From Eledone cirrhosa (taxonomy: Eukaryota), in NCBI GenBank assembly GCA_964016885.1, contig OZ024741.1:98456001-98520000 (forward strand): a stretch of 64,000 nt of DNA, read 5' to 3'. The notes below the pieces were generated by a model. It did not search any database and was not told the origin of the DNA. It saw only the letters and a list, made by a program, of their open reading frames with translations. Shown in pieces: positions 14,501 to 30,400 of this stretch. Numbering within the stretch: the stretch's first letter is position 1; every line of letters begins with the position of its first letter. Made by a program: the position numbers and the translations under genes.

Positions 14501-15212
14501 TGGCCTTGTTAAAGATGCTAGAAATTTGGGGGTCAGAAGTGCTGGCAGATTCTGATTCGATTATTATTTATTTGTTTATTTGTCTATTTATTTATTTATT
14601 TTTACGAGACTTCGTCCTTCAATATGAAGCGAACAGACATATATTAATAAGTATTTTTAATTAACTAGGGGTCCATGCCAGGCACCGTGGCACTTTAACA
14701 CAAACCCTCTCCTGACCCTTTTATTCTTTTCTTTCGCATTCGTTGTCAATCAGCCTTTTTCCTATTAAGAGACCTGACACTTCGAAGTAAAACGAAAGAG
14801 AAAAAAGAGAAGAGAGGGAGAGGAAAGGGATGAGAAGTGAATCTATCTACTGGATAAAGAGAGAACAAAGACTTAACGATATAAAGCCTGGTCAAAATGA
14901 GTTAGAATTAGAGAGGAATGGGGGATGGAGAGAATTTGCCAGAGGAAGGTGGCTACTGACAGATGCACAACGGTACATTAATAACAGTGCAGTTTGACAT
15001 TAGGAGAAAAGAAACTTGACCGAAATGTAAAAAAAAAGCAAAGGGATAATGTTAAAATAAGCGTAAAAAATAAATGTAATAATCGAGGGGAGCGTTTGGG
15101 TTGCGAAGCTAACCAATAGTAATATTTAAAAGTATTATTATTGGTAAAAAATAATTAATATTATGATTATTATCATCATCATTAGCAGCAGCAGCAGCAG
15201 CAGCAGCAGCAA

Positions 15213-15278
<66 letters not shown>

Positions 15279-15432
15279 TGGTGGTGGTTCGGCAAAATCA
15301 ATAGAGCGTCGATCAGTATGTACTGTGATAATTCACTCATAAATACACATACATAAAATTACATAAACACACACACATACAAACATAGAACATAAGTTCT
15401 GTGAAATCGTGAACGAGAGAGAATAAAGATAT

Positions 15433-15526
<94 letters not shown>

Positions 15527-16098
15527 AGTATTTCCGAAGGAAAAGCAAAGGAAAAAAAGAGTGCTCTATGTATAATACAGATCTATTTAATTAGAAAGTA
15601 AACAACTCAATATATAACTACTAGACAATATTAACATACGTCTAGTTCATCAGTCCTGATGTGATAATTGAACTAGACGTAGAGTGATGAACCCGTTGGT
15701 AATGGAATGGTTATATTGTGTTGTTTACTTACGAATTAAATATATATATATATCCAAAATTAAGTTTAATTAAGGGTGTCAGATAGACATACGCCATATC
15801 ATCCGTAAATATATGCTCCCAGATTCCAATGAATAGATCCGAGCATTTTATATCAACTAGAAATTGATTGACATCTAAATATATCTAAAATAAACACATG
15901 AAACAATCACAGGGGATAATTTGTAAAAGTGTGTAAGCGCACATAGCTATGTAGGTAACTAAATAAAGTTTAACTAGAACTTCATAAATAGATACCTTAT
16001 AAATTGATTAATCATCCTTGTATATATTCCATTAAAGAAATATATTTCACCAATTAATCGATTGGTAAACGACAGTAGCCAGATGCTGGATTTTCAAC

Positions 16099-16155
<57 letters not shown>

Positions 16156-16158
<3 letters not shown>

Positions 16159-16495
16159 TAAAATAACAGGTTAAAGTTTAAGCAAAGAATCGCTGCTTTC
16201 ACCCTTAACGGGATCTTCTGAATATCAGCAGATCCTGTTAAGAGTGAAAGCAGCGGTTTTTGTCTAAATTTTAATGTTATTTTAATAAATATTTGCTCTA
16301 GGGTTCTTATATATTTTATATATATTTATCCTTATCGAGGACTCTTTGGACTTTAGTCTTCACATTTATTATTATTACTATATATATGTATATATATATA
16401 TAGTAATAATAATAAATTTGAAGACTAAAATCCAAAGAGGGCTCGATAAGGATAAATATAAATCAAGTATATAAGAACCGTAGGGCAAATATTTA
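16156..16495. repeat. Two abutting foldback hairpins (16156-16287 and ~16287-16495)
   Basis: cgctgctttcac/gtgaaagcagcg; atatttatccttatcgag/ctcgataaggataaatat; tttagtcttca/tgaagactaaa; the second hairpin is centred on a (TA)n run at ~16379-16402. Confidence 0.85.
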
Positions 16496-16534
16496 ATATG
16501 TTATTTTAATATATATATATATATATATATTTAC

Positions 16535-17159
16535 ATAAGTATGTATACGTACATACATATATATATATATACGGACGTACAGTAGTATGTATATATATAC
16601 ATACATGCACACATATATATATATGTACGTATGGGTTTACCAAACATTTATTATAATGTTCGGTTTGTTTGTAAACAAACATCCCGAATTAAGCCGTACA
16701 GTGTTCGGCAACCTTCGTTGCCCTTCTGTTCAACATTGACAAAGGAACGATGAACTAGTTTCAAGCTTATTAGCTATCGTCAGCATCGTATACCTTCCTG
16801 TCAGATGATTGAACGTTTGAAAGTATATACTTTCCTTATGCATATTAACGGCTGAGCAGCCTAATTTGCATATCGAGTGAGTTAGTCGGCCGGGCGTACC
16901 GAAAACGATAAATGGAAAAGAATGAAACGAAATTTCATTTCTCACTTTTAGTACGGCCGATACTTAAATATAAGTATATATACGTACATACATATATGTA
17001 CGTACATATATATATATGTGTGTGCATGTATGTGTATATATACATACTACTGTACGTCTGTATACATATATGTATGTACGTATATATACTTATATTTAAG
17101 TATCGGCCGTACTAAAAGTGAGAAATGAAATTTCGTTTCATTCTTTTCCATTTTATCGT
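16535..17159 (-). mobile_element. Non-coding hammerhead-containing repeat, family A copy 1 (partial tandem plus terminal inversion)
   Basis: Homologous in opposite orientation to 57950-58690; ~90-bp near-perfect inverted repeat 16905-16998 / 17065-17159; internal direct repetition (ataagtat.tatacgtacatacatat at ~16535 and ~16969). Confidence 0.8.
16747..16789 (-). ncRNA. Minimal type I hammerhead ribozyme (predicted)
   Basis: Minus strand: acgatg CTGACGA t agct aata agct t GAAA ctag T T catcgt; 6-bp stem I, palindromic stem III ACTAGT, GUU cleavage triplet. Confidence 0.8.
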
Positions 17160-17706
<547 letters not shown>

Positions 17707-20256
17707 ATATATAAACATATATCTCTAGCGGTCGACTGATGAAATGGGAATATTGTCTGTATTCGTTCATTTTCCTGTATTCGCCTATATTTTATATGTA
17801 TAAACGAGTGCAATTCATACACTGTGTATGTAACTAATTTATATTTCTAAATTTGTTTTGGCCAACGACAGCAATATTTGTGAAAATGGAGAAATAGAGT
17901 ATAATTTTTGACATGTAATAAATTTTTCGACACTGTAGGAGGTAAACATGAAATTCAAACCCAACGGGATAATAAACTCACAGCACACACGGGCTTTTTC
18001 AATTTTTCATCAATCGTTTGTACTGGGTACCTTGTGTGTTAGCTTCTTTCTTTCATTCCCCCTTTCGTTTCTACTTCCCTTCTGTTTATTTTTAACTATA
18101 TTCTTTCTATCTTCTTCAGTTGTGATGTATCTGCTGTCATCAGCTGTGTCTCTTGCTGGTGAAAGCCAAAGAGGCTAACGACCACAGCATGCCTACCACC
18201 TGACAAAACAAGGCATGAGCCAGTGTTGGTTACTCGCAGAATCGGAGAGGGTGTTCCTTTGTGTTGTTGCTGTTGTTGTTCACAATGTTTTTCAAGTTTT
18301 CATCCCTCCCTTCTCTTTACAAATCAATTGAGTGGCACTGCTAATTGTGGCAAGGAGTCGGTGTATCATGCTGCTTGTTTCTGAGACTAGTCATGAGATT
18401 AGTTGATTAAATCGATCCCATTGTTTGAGAGGTATATTTGTTTAGCGACACCGAAAGAGAGAAAAGCAAAGCCGACCTTGTGAGTATTTGGACACTAAGT
18501 ACCGCAAAAAAAAAAAAATAATAATAATAATTTATGCACAGCGTTTAAAATATATATATATACAATCGATAAATTAACACGACTTATATTGGCTCGTTTT
18601 TTTAACCCTTGGTCAAATTATGAGCCGACCTATGTTTAAGCGAATTCTGGTCGTGATTATCAAATCCAAGCGCTGTGTAACTCCTGTATCCTATATTTCC
18701 TTTTTTATTTAAGACGGCAAAGAATAGCGTAAAGGTTAACGACTTTTTGCCAACCAGAGTACTGTTACGTGTTCATCGATCCAGCACGAGAGAAAGTCAG
18801 TATCGACTTCAGAAGGATTTGAATCAAAACGGAAAAGCGCTTACTTGAATATTACAAACACATTTTTCTCGATTATCAACCGATATTATGTTAATATCAA
18901 TAACTTCTAATTTTGAAGGCAGGAATATAGCAATTCATTCAACGTCAATAATATTAACAAAACCCTAATAAACTAGTACTTAGAACAGTTGACGGCCTTT
19001 CGTCTGATCGGCTACCTACAGAATAAAAAAAAATAACAGCACCAGTAATAAAAATAACTAGAGATACATCATCTGAGCTATTTATTGTTAGAGCATTACA
19101 ATCATCGATTAATTGTGCATTGTGTACAGTATAATACAACCCTTGAACGGTATACAATGCTAATGTGGATTTGGGTTTAGAACGTCTATGCAGATCAACA
19201 GATCAGTCTTTTCTGCAGGAATTTGGTGCCGAATATTATGAGGAACGTAAATATTCTATGACCTAAATGTAAAGCAAAAAAATTAGAACCGGTTAATAGA
19301 TAGCGCTCGGTTAAACGAGGAAATGTTTTTTTATTGTAGATCAATGCTGAACATTTATTGACTCCAGCTGTCAATACACCCAACAGGGCGATTGAGTCAC
19401 TGGTTTTCTTTGGCATGAAACGTCAAAAGGTTTTCTGAATATAATTTGAATGGTAAGGCAGAGAAGATAGTGTATTAGTAAATACTAAGGAGAAATATCG
19501 CAGACAGGAATTTTCCACAAGTCCTCACCAACTTCTTAAAATAACATTTGAAAAGATAGGGTAGGGTGAATAAGGTACAACTGGCTTCCAGTAATTTGGT
19601 GTAAATGTGGATGAGGAAAATAAATATGGCCTGCTTGAATGAGCTTACGCTAAACCTGTATGTAACACGGAGGCCCCCACATTTGAGTGAGCATATTTAT
19701 ATTTGGTAGTAATGGATAAATGAAGGTAATAATTGAGCCTAGGTGGTTTTTCTGTTATTTGAAAATGTGTAGGCCATGGCCACAGTCGATACAAATTGCG
19801 TATGAAATGGGTGACGGTTACTAATAGCCTGTACAGAATTGATATTAAAAACAGAATATCGATAGCTAATGTGGGTTCTACATCAAAGCAGGAGACATCT
19901 GAGTTTTAATAAAGCCACAGACACTCCCTTAAAGCTCGTAGGTCGAAGATAAACGTACTCTGATCCTAGCTTGTTAGTTTGTTGGTTGCTTCTCACTTTC
20001 TGAGTTGGTTCCTCTTATATGTTATTGTGTAGTACATATTTAACCTGTTTTGATATATTGCGATGCGTTCTATTTTTACGCAACTCATTTTATTAAATAT
20101 GTGTGTGTGCTTGTATATAAGTTTTGTGTGTGGGGTGGGTGGGTACCTACATTACTTGTGTTGTAACCACATTTCTTTGAGATTTATGGCTTAGGGCGTA
20201 TGAGCGGCCTTTGTGGACAATAAAGAATTTATTATTATTATTGATAATAATAATTA

Positions 20257-20470
20257 GGTGGCGGATTGGCAGGTGTGTTAGAGCGCTAGACAAAATATCT
20301 TGTAGTGTTTTGTTGTATCTTGTTTCGTTCCAAGTTCAAATCCGGAAGGGGTCGGCATTACCTTTCATCCTTCAGGGGATCGATACAATCGACTGATCCT
20401 TAGACACGACCACAGACCACCACCACACCAAAAATTCATGACTATGTGCTCATGTTAGAAATCATTAATA
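20257..20470 (+). mobile_element. Older, diverged tRNA-derived SINE
   Basis: ggtggcggattggcag head, aagttcaaatcc B box, cctttcatccttcaggggatcgata core, gttagaaatcatt tail. Confidence 0.75.
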
Positions 20471-21260
20471 TTGCTATTAATTACATTTTGGCGTTTTGTA
20501 AAGTCAGCGAAGCACATCAATAAATGTAGATGACAAAAACATCCCTCCAGTGACAGAAAGAAATAGGATGGAAAAAACACATGATGGAAAGCAGACACAA
20601 ACACGCACATAAAAAAATAAACAAAGAAAATTATACGAACGTCAGTGATATGGATCGAAAAATAAAACACGATAAACGTAAAACAGATAATAAAATTTGA
20701 AATAAATGTTAGCAGAGGGTAAACATTGAAGGAGGAATTGAAAGAAAAATAAATGGGAGAGAAAGAGAGATAGAAAGTGTGTGAGAGAGAAGACGGGGGA
20801 GGAGGTGGTTGTGGATGGAAAGAGAGATAGAAAGTGTGTGACAGAGAGAGAGAGAAGATGGAGGAGGAGGAGGATGTGGATGGAAAGAGAGATAGAAAGT
20901 GTGTGAGAGAGAGAGAGATAAGCTGGAGGAGGAGGAGGATGGAAAGAGAGTAGGAAAAAAGACATGGAATGTTTTGTCATTGTTGCTTTTATTGTTATCT
21001 TAGTTTTCTTCTTTGTTACAGTGTTTTCCGGGAATGTTTAAACTTTTTTCTTGTTGATGTTATTGTTTTATGTTTTCACCTCAAAGAGATGATATAATAC
21101 ACATTGATCGATTTTTATTCTCCTCGCAACAGTGCACAACAAGCTAGGGTAAGGTCATCGAAATATTACATAACCTTACCGGAACATATTTTTGCTCAAC
21201 TCAACCCTTGTCGTTATTTATTTTTCTGTGAAGTTCTACGATTATGACAGACGTTTATTA

Positions 21261-21339
<79 letters not shown>

Positions 21340-21746
21340 GTGTGTGTGTGTCTCTGTGTGTCTGTGCTTGTGTAATGTATTGTGTTTTAGTGGGTTCTCT
21401 CGGTTTATCAGACATGTCACCCATTTCGATGAATAAATAATATCAGCCACCATGTTTTGACTTCTTATCGTATCGCTCAAGTTCAAAGAACTCGACGTGA
21501 TGACAAGACACATGTGGTGTAAGGCAAAAACAAGATTATGTCTTGTCGGAAAGAGGGAGGTGGAGCGACAATCAGTCGCGTCTGATGTAATGTTTTCGTG
21601 CGTAATATTTGGATTAATTACATTTATTCCCGATCGTGTACACGAGATTGACAAAATATATCTGTTTCTCTTCTTATTTTACTTTATACATATTTATATA
21701 CGTACACACAGGTCTGTCTGTCTCTCTCTCTCTCTCTATCTATCTA

Positions 21747-21781
<35 letters not shown>

Positions 21782-21921
21782 AATTCACACACAAACAAAC
21801 ACACACACACACTCACACACATACACACGCACACACACACACATATATATATGTATATATATATATGTGTGTGTCAGTGTAAGTGAGTATACATATGTGT
21901 GTGTGTATATATATATATATG

Positions 21922-22000
21922 TATAACGAAGGACATATGGTAAGCAACCAGATGCACCATAACGCACCAGAGTACTCAATACTTAGGGTAGTAGAGTATA
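21922..22000. repeat. Repeat family C fragment between (TA)n runs
   Basis: ccataacgcaccagagtactcaatacttagggtagtagag, shared with 3020-3060 (reverse complement) and 56393-56430. Confidence 0.75.
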
Positions 22001-22021
22001 TACATATATATACATATATGT

Positions 22022-22068
<47 letters not shown>

Positions 22069-22504
22069 CATATAAACAAACTTTGGAAAAATGTAATTCC
22101 GTCTTCAGCCGGAGAATTCTTTGTAACAAGAGGAGACATAATTAAACGTATTAAAGGTTTAATATGTTTCCGTTGATTGAAAAAAAAAGGGATATTCATC
22201 GTCGAATCCATGACAAAGAAATGAGTATGAGTCTTCGATCTTGAAAACAATATCCAATATTTCATTGACCCTCATTTGAGAAGATCAGTTTTTGCTAGGG
22301 TTGTGTCGGAACGAATTAATGCCATATCAGTTTTCTCGTTCTAAATTATTAAGTCAATGTTAACATTTCATGAATTACAGTAGTTGAAAAATATGTCGCT
22401 GTTCAGTTGACGGTAATTTATACAGCAAAAGCATCTGAGAATATATAGTTTTTATTGATTTCTATACAAACAAATGATTGTAGATTGTTTATATATATAT
22501 ACGT

Positions 22505-22589
<85 letters not shown>

Positions 22590-22947
22590 TATCTTATACA
22601 AATCACTGAATGGTTGATCAGAGTAAAGAACTCTAAAGAACACATCACGAACATCATTCCCTAGGGATATACTAAATATAAGAAGCCTGACCAAAGATCC
22701 CTGGCTGAAATGTTATTACAGTTTTGGAATTGATTAATAAATCAGACCATTTCAATAGAGTGATATGGCCATCATTACCAGACCAATTTTTTATTGGAAA
22801 GTTTCTGTAAGGTAATAAGAATAAATATAGTTACCTGTTGCTAGAATGTTGTCATCTCTCATCGGTACAGCATGGTGCAATACAATTAAAAATAATACCA
22901 CCGAACGTATGCGTCAATCTATCTATAATAAGTAATAAAATAGTGCA

Positions 22948-23035
22948 CAAGTAATGCACTGGGATCGATTTAATCTATTTTCCTCTCCCCTTAAAATTGC
23001 TGGCCTTGTACCTAATGTAGAAACAATTATCATAC
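22948..23035 (+). mobile_element. 3' fragment of a tRNA-derived SINE
   Basis: agtaatgcactggg...aattgctggccttgtacctaatgtagaaacaattat matches the SINE tail at 13532-13580. Confidence 0.7.
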
Positions 23036-23178
23036 GTAATTAAAATCGTCACGTTTATACATAACATCTCAACGGTTTGTATAAGATACTCTCTATGTTT
23101 ACTTCTGAATAAGATCTTTTAACGATCTCTCTTCATTGAGATGTTATATATATTCGTGACAATTTAAATTATGTATAA

Positions 23179-23269
<91 letters not shown>

Positions 23270-23327
23270 ATATATATATATATATATAAAGAGAGACGTA
23301 GATAGATAGAGGTAGATAGATAGATAG

Positions 23328-23414
<87 letters not shown>

Positions 23415-24429
23415 CAGATATATATAGATATATATATAGTTAGAGAGAGAGAGAGATGGGGGGAGGGGAGGGGAGGGAGAGAGAGAGAGAGATGCGTCGC
23501 CCTGAGAGATCTCCGACCACATGATTGTTAAACGAATCTCCGTTTCTTGTCATATGGTTATGCTGGCTAGTTTAAGAATAGCCACTGTAGTAATGTGTGA
23601 ATTGATAGATAAATGAAACAGTGCAACATAATTGTGTAAATGACCAATCTGCTAGATGGCCTTTGTTTCGTGTGATTCAGAAAGTTACTTTTGGTAACAA
23701 CCGTACTATACTACATATATGCGTCTTTATAAATACGCCATCTAAATTGACTGTAAAACAAAATTTCTGAATTGAAGTATCTTCGTACCCTGACGATTAG
23801 GAAATGCAATATTGTAGCAACAATGAATGTTCCAGTCAGAAGGAGAATGTATATAGTCAGTTGTTCTACCTAATAGCAGTCAAATCCTCATAGATCCACA
23901 TCTTACTAATCTCCCTCAAATCCAGCATGAATATTGCAGTTACAAGTGGATTTTGTAGGTAAACATGATAGACTTGATTGGAAAAGGTTTGAGTATATAC
24001 TTGCTCAATCAAGGGTGACTGAAACTACTCGTAACTATCAACAACGACTAGTTTCAATATTTGTTTCTTTTATTCAAGCTAATAAAGACCTTCCTTAGTA
24101 AGCACATTATCTGATCGATATAACAGTTAAATCTCATTCAAACCACACCCTGCTAATTTGAAAATAAAATGATACATTAGATATTGCAGTCTTTCAGATA
24201 GTGTTGTGGTTATACTGTGAATTTAGAGTAAATGAAGCTACATAATCAAAGGTTTCCATCTCTTTTTAAAATGATAAATTGTTATTTGTGGGAATTCTGA
24301 CAGCTATTTCCATGCGGTAGAGCTACAAAATACAGTTCCTTCTCTGACATCGTTTATTGGTAATGTGTTGTAGTAATTACAGAAACATTCGGTTGTCATG
24401 TATAATTTAAGGAATGGCTTTAATGTCTC

Positions 24430-27400
24430 ATCATCACATTCATCACCATTGCCATTATCATCATCATCATCATCACCAACACAACAGCAACCATCATTAA
24501 CACCACCAACACCACAAACATCATCAACATCACCATCATAAAAACAACCATCACAATCATGACTACAAAAACAACAACCATCAACAGCACCACAACCACA
24601 ATCAACACCAACATCACCACCACAACCACAGCCATCAAAACCATAACCACCACAACCAAAACCATCACCAACATCACCACCACAACCACAACCATCAACA
24701 CCATCACCAACACAACCACAGCCATCGACAACGTCACCAACACAACCACAACCATCGCCATCATCACCTCCACCACCACAACCATCACCAACATCACCAC
24801 CACAACTACAGCCATCACCAACATCACCACCACAACCACAAACATCAACATCATCACCAACACAACCACAGCCATAACCAACATGACCACCACATCAACA
24901 ACCATCGCCATCATCACCACCACAACCATCACCAACATCAGCACCACAACCACAACCATCACCAACATCACCACCACAACCACAACCAACACCAACATCA
25001 CCACCACCACCACAACCATCACCAACATCACCACCACAAACACAACCAACACCAACATCACCACCACAACCACAACCATCACCAACATCACCACCACAAC
25101 AACAATCATCACTAACATCACCACCACAACTACAACCATCACCAACATTACTATCACAACCACAACCATCACCAACATCACCACCACAACCACAACCATC
25201 ACCAACATCACCACCGCAACAACAATCATCACTAACATCACCACCACAACCACATCCATCACCAACATCACCACCACAACCACAACCATCACCAACATCA
25301 CCACAACAACAACAATCATCACTAACATCACCACCACAACCACAACCATCACCAACATTACCATCACAACCACAACCATCACCAACATCACCATCACAAC
25401 CACAACCATCATCAACATCACCACAACAACCACAATCATCACCAACATCACCATCAGAACCAAAACCAACACCAACACCAACATCACCACCACAACCACA
25501 ACCAACACCAACATCACCACCACAACTACAACCAACACCAACATCACCACCACAACCACAACCAACATCAACATCATCACCACAACCACAACCATCACCA
25601 ACATCACCACCACAAACACAACCAACACCAACATCACCACCACAACCACAACCAACACCAACATCACCACCACAACCACAACCATCAGCAATATCACTAC
25701 CAGAACTACCACCATCACCAACATCATCATCACAACCACAACCATCACCAACATCACCTCCACAACCACAACCATCACCAATATCACCATCACCACCACA
25801 ACCATCACCAACATCACAACCAAAACCACAACCAACACCAACATAACCACCACAACCATCACCAACATCACCAACACCACCACAACCATCACTAAAATCA
25901 CCGCCACAACCCTCACCAACATCAACACCACAACCAAAACCAACACCAGCATCACCACCACAACCACAACCCACACCAACATCACCATCACAACCATCAC
26001 CAACATCACCACCACAACCATCACCAACATCACCACCACAACCACAACAATCACGAACATCACCACCACAACCACAACCAACACCAACATCACCACCACA
26101 ACCATCACCAACATCACCACCACAACCACAACCATCACCAACATCACCACCACAACCACAACCAACACCAACATCGCCACCGCAACCACAACCATCACTA
26201 ACATCACCACCACAACCACAACCAACATCACCACCACAACCACAACCAACATCAACATCATCACCACAACCACAACCATCACCAACATCACCACCACAAA
26301 CACAACCAACACCAACATCACCACCACAACCACAACCAACACCAACATCACCACCACAACCACAACCATCAGCAATATCACTACCAGAACTACCACCATC
26401 ACCAACATCATCATCACAACCACAACCATCACCAACATCACCTCCACAACCACAACCATCACCAATATCACCATCACCACCACAACCATCACCAACATCA
26501 CAACCAAAACCACAACCAACACCAACATAACCACCACAACCATCACCAACATCACCAACACCACCACAACCATCACTAAAATCACCGCCACAACCCTCAC
26601 CAACATCAACACCACAACCAAAACCAACACCAGCATCACCACCACAACCACAACCCACACCAACATCACCATCACAACCATCACCAACATCACCACCACA
26701 ACCATCACCAACATCACCACCACAACCACAACAATCACGAACATCACCACCACAACCACAACCAACACCAACATCACCACCACAACCATCACCAACATCA
26801 CCACCACAACCACAACCATCACCAACATCACCACCACAACCACAACCAACACCAACATCGCCACCGCAACCACAACCATCACTAACATCACCACCACAAC
26901 CACAACCAACATCGCCACCACAACCACAACCATCACCAACATCACCACCACAACCACAATCATCACCAACATTACCACCACAACCACAACCATCACCAAC
27001 ATCAACACCACAACCACAACCAACACCAACATCACCACCACAACCACAACCAACACAACATCGCCACCACAACCACAACCATCACCAACATCACTACCAC
27101 AACCACAACCAACACCAACATCACCACCACAACCACAACCAACACCAACATCACCACCACAATCATCACCAACATCACCACCACAACCACAAACATCACC
27201 AACATCACCACCACAACCACAACCATCACCAACATCACCACCACAACCACAACCAACACCAACATCACCACCACAACCACAACCAACACCAACATCACCA
27301 CCACCACCACAATCATCACCAACATCACCACCACAACCACAACCAACACCAACATCCCCACCACCACCACAATCATCACCAACATCACCACCACCACCAC

Positions 27401-30400
27401 AATCATCACCAACATCACCACCACAACCACAACCATCACCAACATCACCACCACAACTACCACCATCACCAATTTCACCACCACAACCACAATCATCACC
27501 AACATCACCACCACAACCACCAACATCAACAACATCACCACCACAAACACAAACAACACCAACATCACCACCACAACCACAACCATCACCAACATCACCA
27601 CCACAACTACAACCATCACCAACATCACCACCGCAACCACCAACATCACCAACATCACCACCACAACCACAACCAACACCAACATCACCACCACAAGCAC
27701 AACCATCACCAACATCACCAGCACAACCACAACCATCACCAACATCACAACCACAACCACAACCATCACCAACATCACCACCACAACCACAACCATCACC
27801 AACATCACCACCACAACCAACACCAACATCACCACCACAACCACAACCATCACCAACATCACCACCACAACCACAACCAACACCAACATCGCCACCACAA
27901 CCACAACGAACACTAACATAACCACCTCAACCATAACCATCACCAACATCACCACCACAACCACAAACATCAGCAACATCGCCACCACAACCAAAGCCAT
28001 CACCAACATCACCACCACAACCACATTCATCACCAACATCACCACTACAACCACCATCACCACCACAACCACAACCATCACCAACATCACCACAACAACC
28101 ACAACCATCACCAACATCGCAACCACAACCACAACCACCACCAACATCACTACCACAACCACAACCATCACCAACATCACCACCACAACCAACACCAACA
28201 TCACCACCACAACCACAACCATCACCAACATCACCACTACAACCACAACCAACACAACATCAGCACCACAACCACAACAATCACCAACATCAACACCACA
28301 ACCACAACCATCACCAACATGAACACCACAACTACCACCATCACCAACATAACCACCACAACCACAACCATCATCAACATCCCCACCACCACCACAACCA
28401 TCACCAACATCACCACCACAACCACAACCATCATCACCACCACAACCACAACCAACACCAACATCACCACCACAACCACAACCATCACCAACGTCACCAC
28501 CACAACCACAACCAAACCAACATCACCACCACAACTACAACCATCACTAACATCACCACCACAACCACAACCAACACCAACGTCACCACCACCGCCACAA
28601 CCATCACCAACATCACCACCACAACCACCACCAACATCACCACCACAACCACAACCAACACCAACATCACCACCACAACCACAACCAACATCACCAGAAT
28701 CACCACCACAACCACAACCTTCACCAACATCACCAACATCACCACCACAACCACAACCTTCACCAACATCACCGCCACAACCACAACCATCACCAACATC
28801 ACCACCACAACCACAACCATCACCAATATCACCGCCACAACCACAACCATCACCAACATCACCACCACAACCACAACCATCACCAACATCACCACCACAA
28901 CCACCAACATCACCAACATCACCAACACAACCACCACCATCACCAACATCACCACCACAACCACAACCATCATCAACATCACAACCACAACAACAACCAT
29001 CACCAACATCACCACCACAACCATCAGCAACATCACTACCAAAACTACCACCATCACCAACATCACCACCACAACCACAAACAACACCAACATCACCACC
29101 ACAACCACAACCATCACCAACATCACCACCACAACCATCACCAACATCACCACCACCACCACAACTATCACCAACATCACAACCAAAACCACAACCAACA
29201 CCAACATCACCACCACAACCATCACCAACATCACCACCACCACCACAACCATCACCAAAATCACCGCCACAACCATCACCAACATCACCACCACAACCAC
29301 AACCAACACCAACATCACCACCACAACCACAACCAACACCAATATCACCACCACAACCATCACCAACATCACCACCACCACCACAACCCACACCAACATC
29401 ACCATCACAACCATCACCAACATCACCACCACACCCATCACGAACATCACTACCACCACCACAACCATCACCAAAATCACCGCCACAACCATCACCAACA
29501 TCACCACCACAACCACAACCAACACCAACATCACCACCACAACCATCACCAACATCACCACCACCACCACAACCCACACAAACATCACCATCACAACCAT
29601 CACCAACATCACCACCACAACCATCACCAACATCACCACCACAACCACAACCATCACCAACATCACCACCACAACCACAACCAACACCAACTTCACCACC
29701 ACAACCACAACCAACACCAACATCACCACCACAACCAACACCAATATCACCACCACAACCACAACCAACACCAACATCACCATCACCACCACAATCATCA
29801 CCAACATCACCATCACAACCACAACCAACACCAATATCACCACCACAACCACAACCAACACCAACATCACCATCACCACCACAATCATCACCAACATCAC
29901 CATCACAACCACAACCAACACCAATATCACCACCACAACCACAACCAACACCAACATCACCACAACAACCACCACCAACACCAACATCACCACCACAACC
30001 ACCAACATCACTAACATCACCACCACGACCACCACCATCTCCAATATCACCACCACAACCACAATCATCACCAACATCACCACCAACATCACCAACATCA
30101 CCACCACGACCACCACAATCTCCAATATCACCACCACAACCACAACCATCACCAACATCACCACCACAACCACAATCACAACCACCATCACCACCACCAC
30201 CACAACCAACACCAACATCACCACCACCACAACCAACACCAACCTCACCACCACAACCACCAACATCATCAACATCGCCACCATAAACAAAGCCACCAAC
30301 AACATCACCACCACAACCACAACCATCACCAACATCACCACCACAACTACCACCATCACCATTTTCACCACCACAACCACAACCAACACCAACATCACCA

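Noticed and set aside
16185-16260. Hammerhead in the first hairpin (..AGAtcccgttaagggtGAAA)
   Set aside because: Both arms read CAG rather than CTG, and no stem III or UH follows
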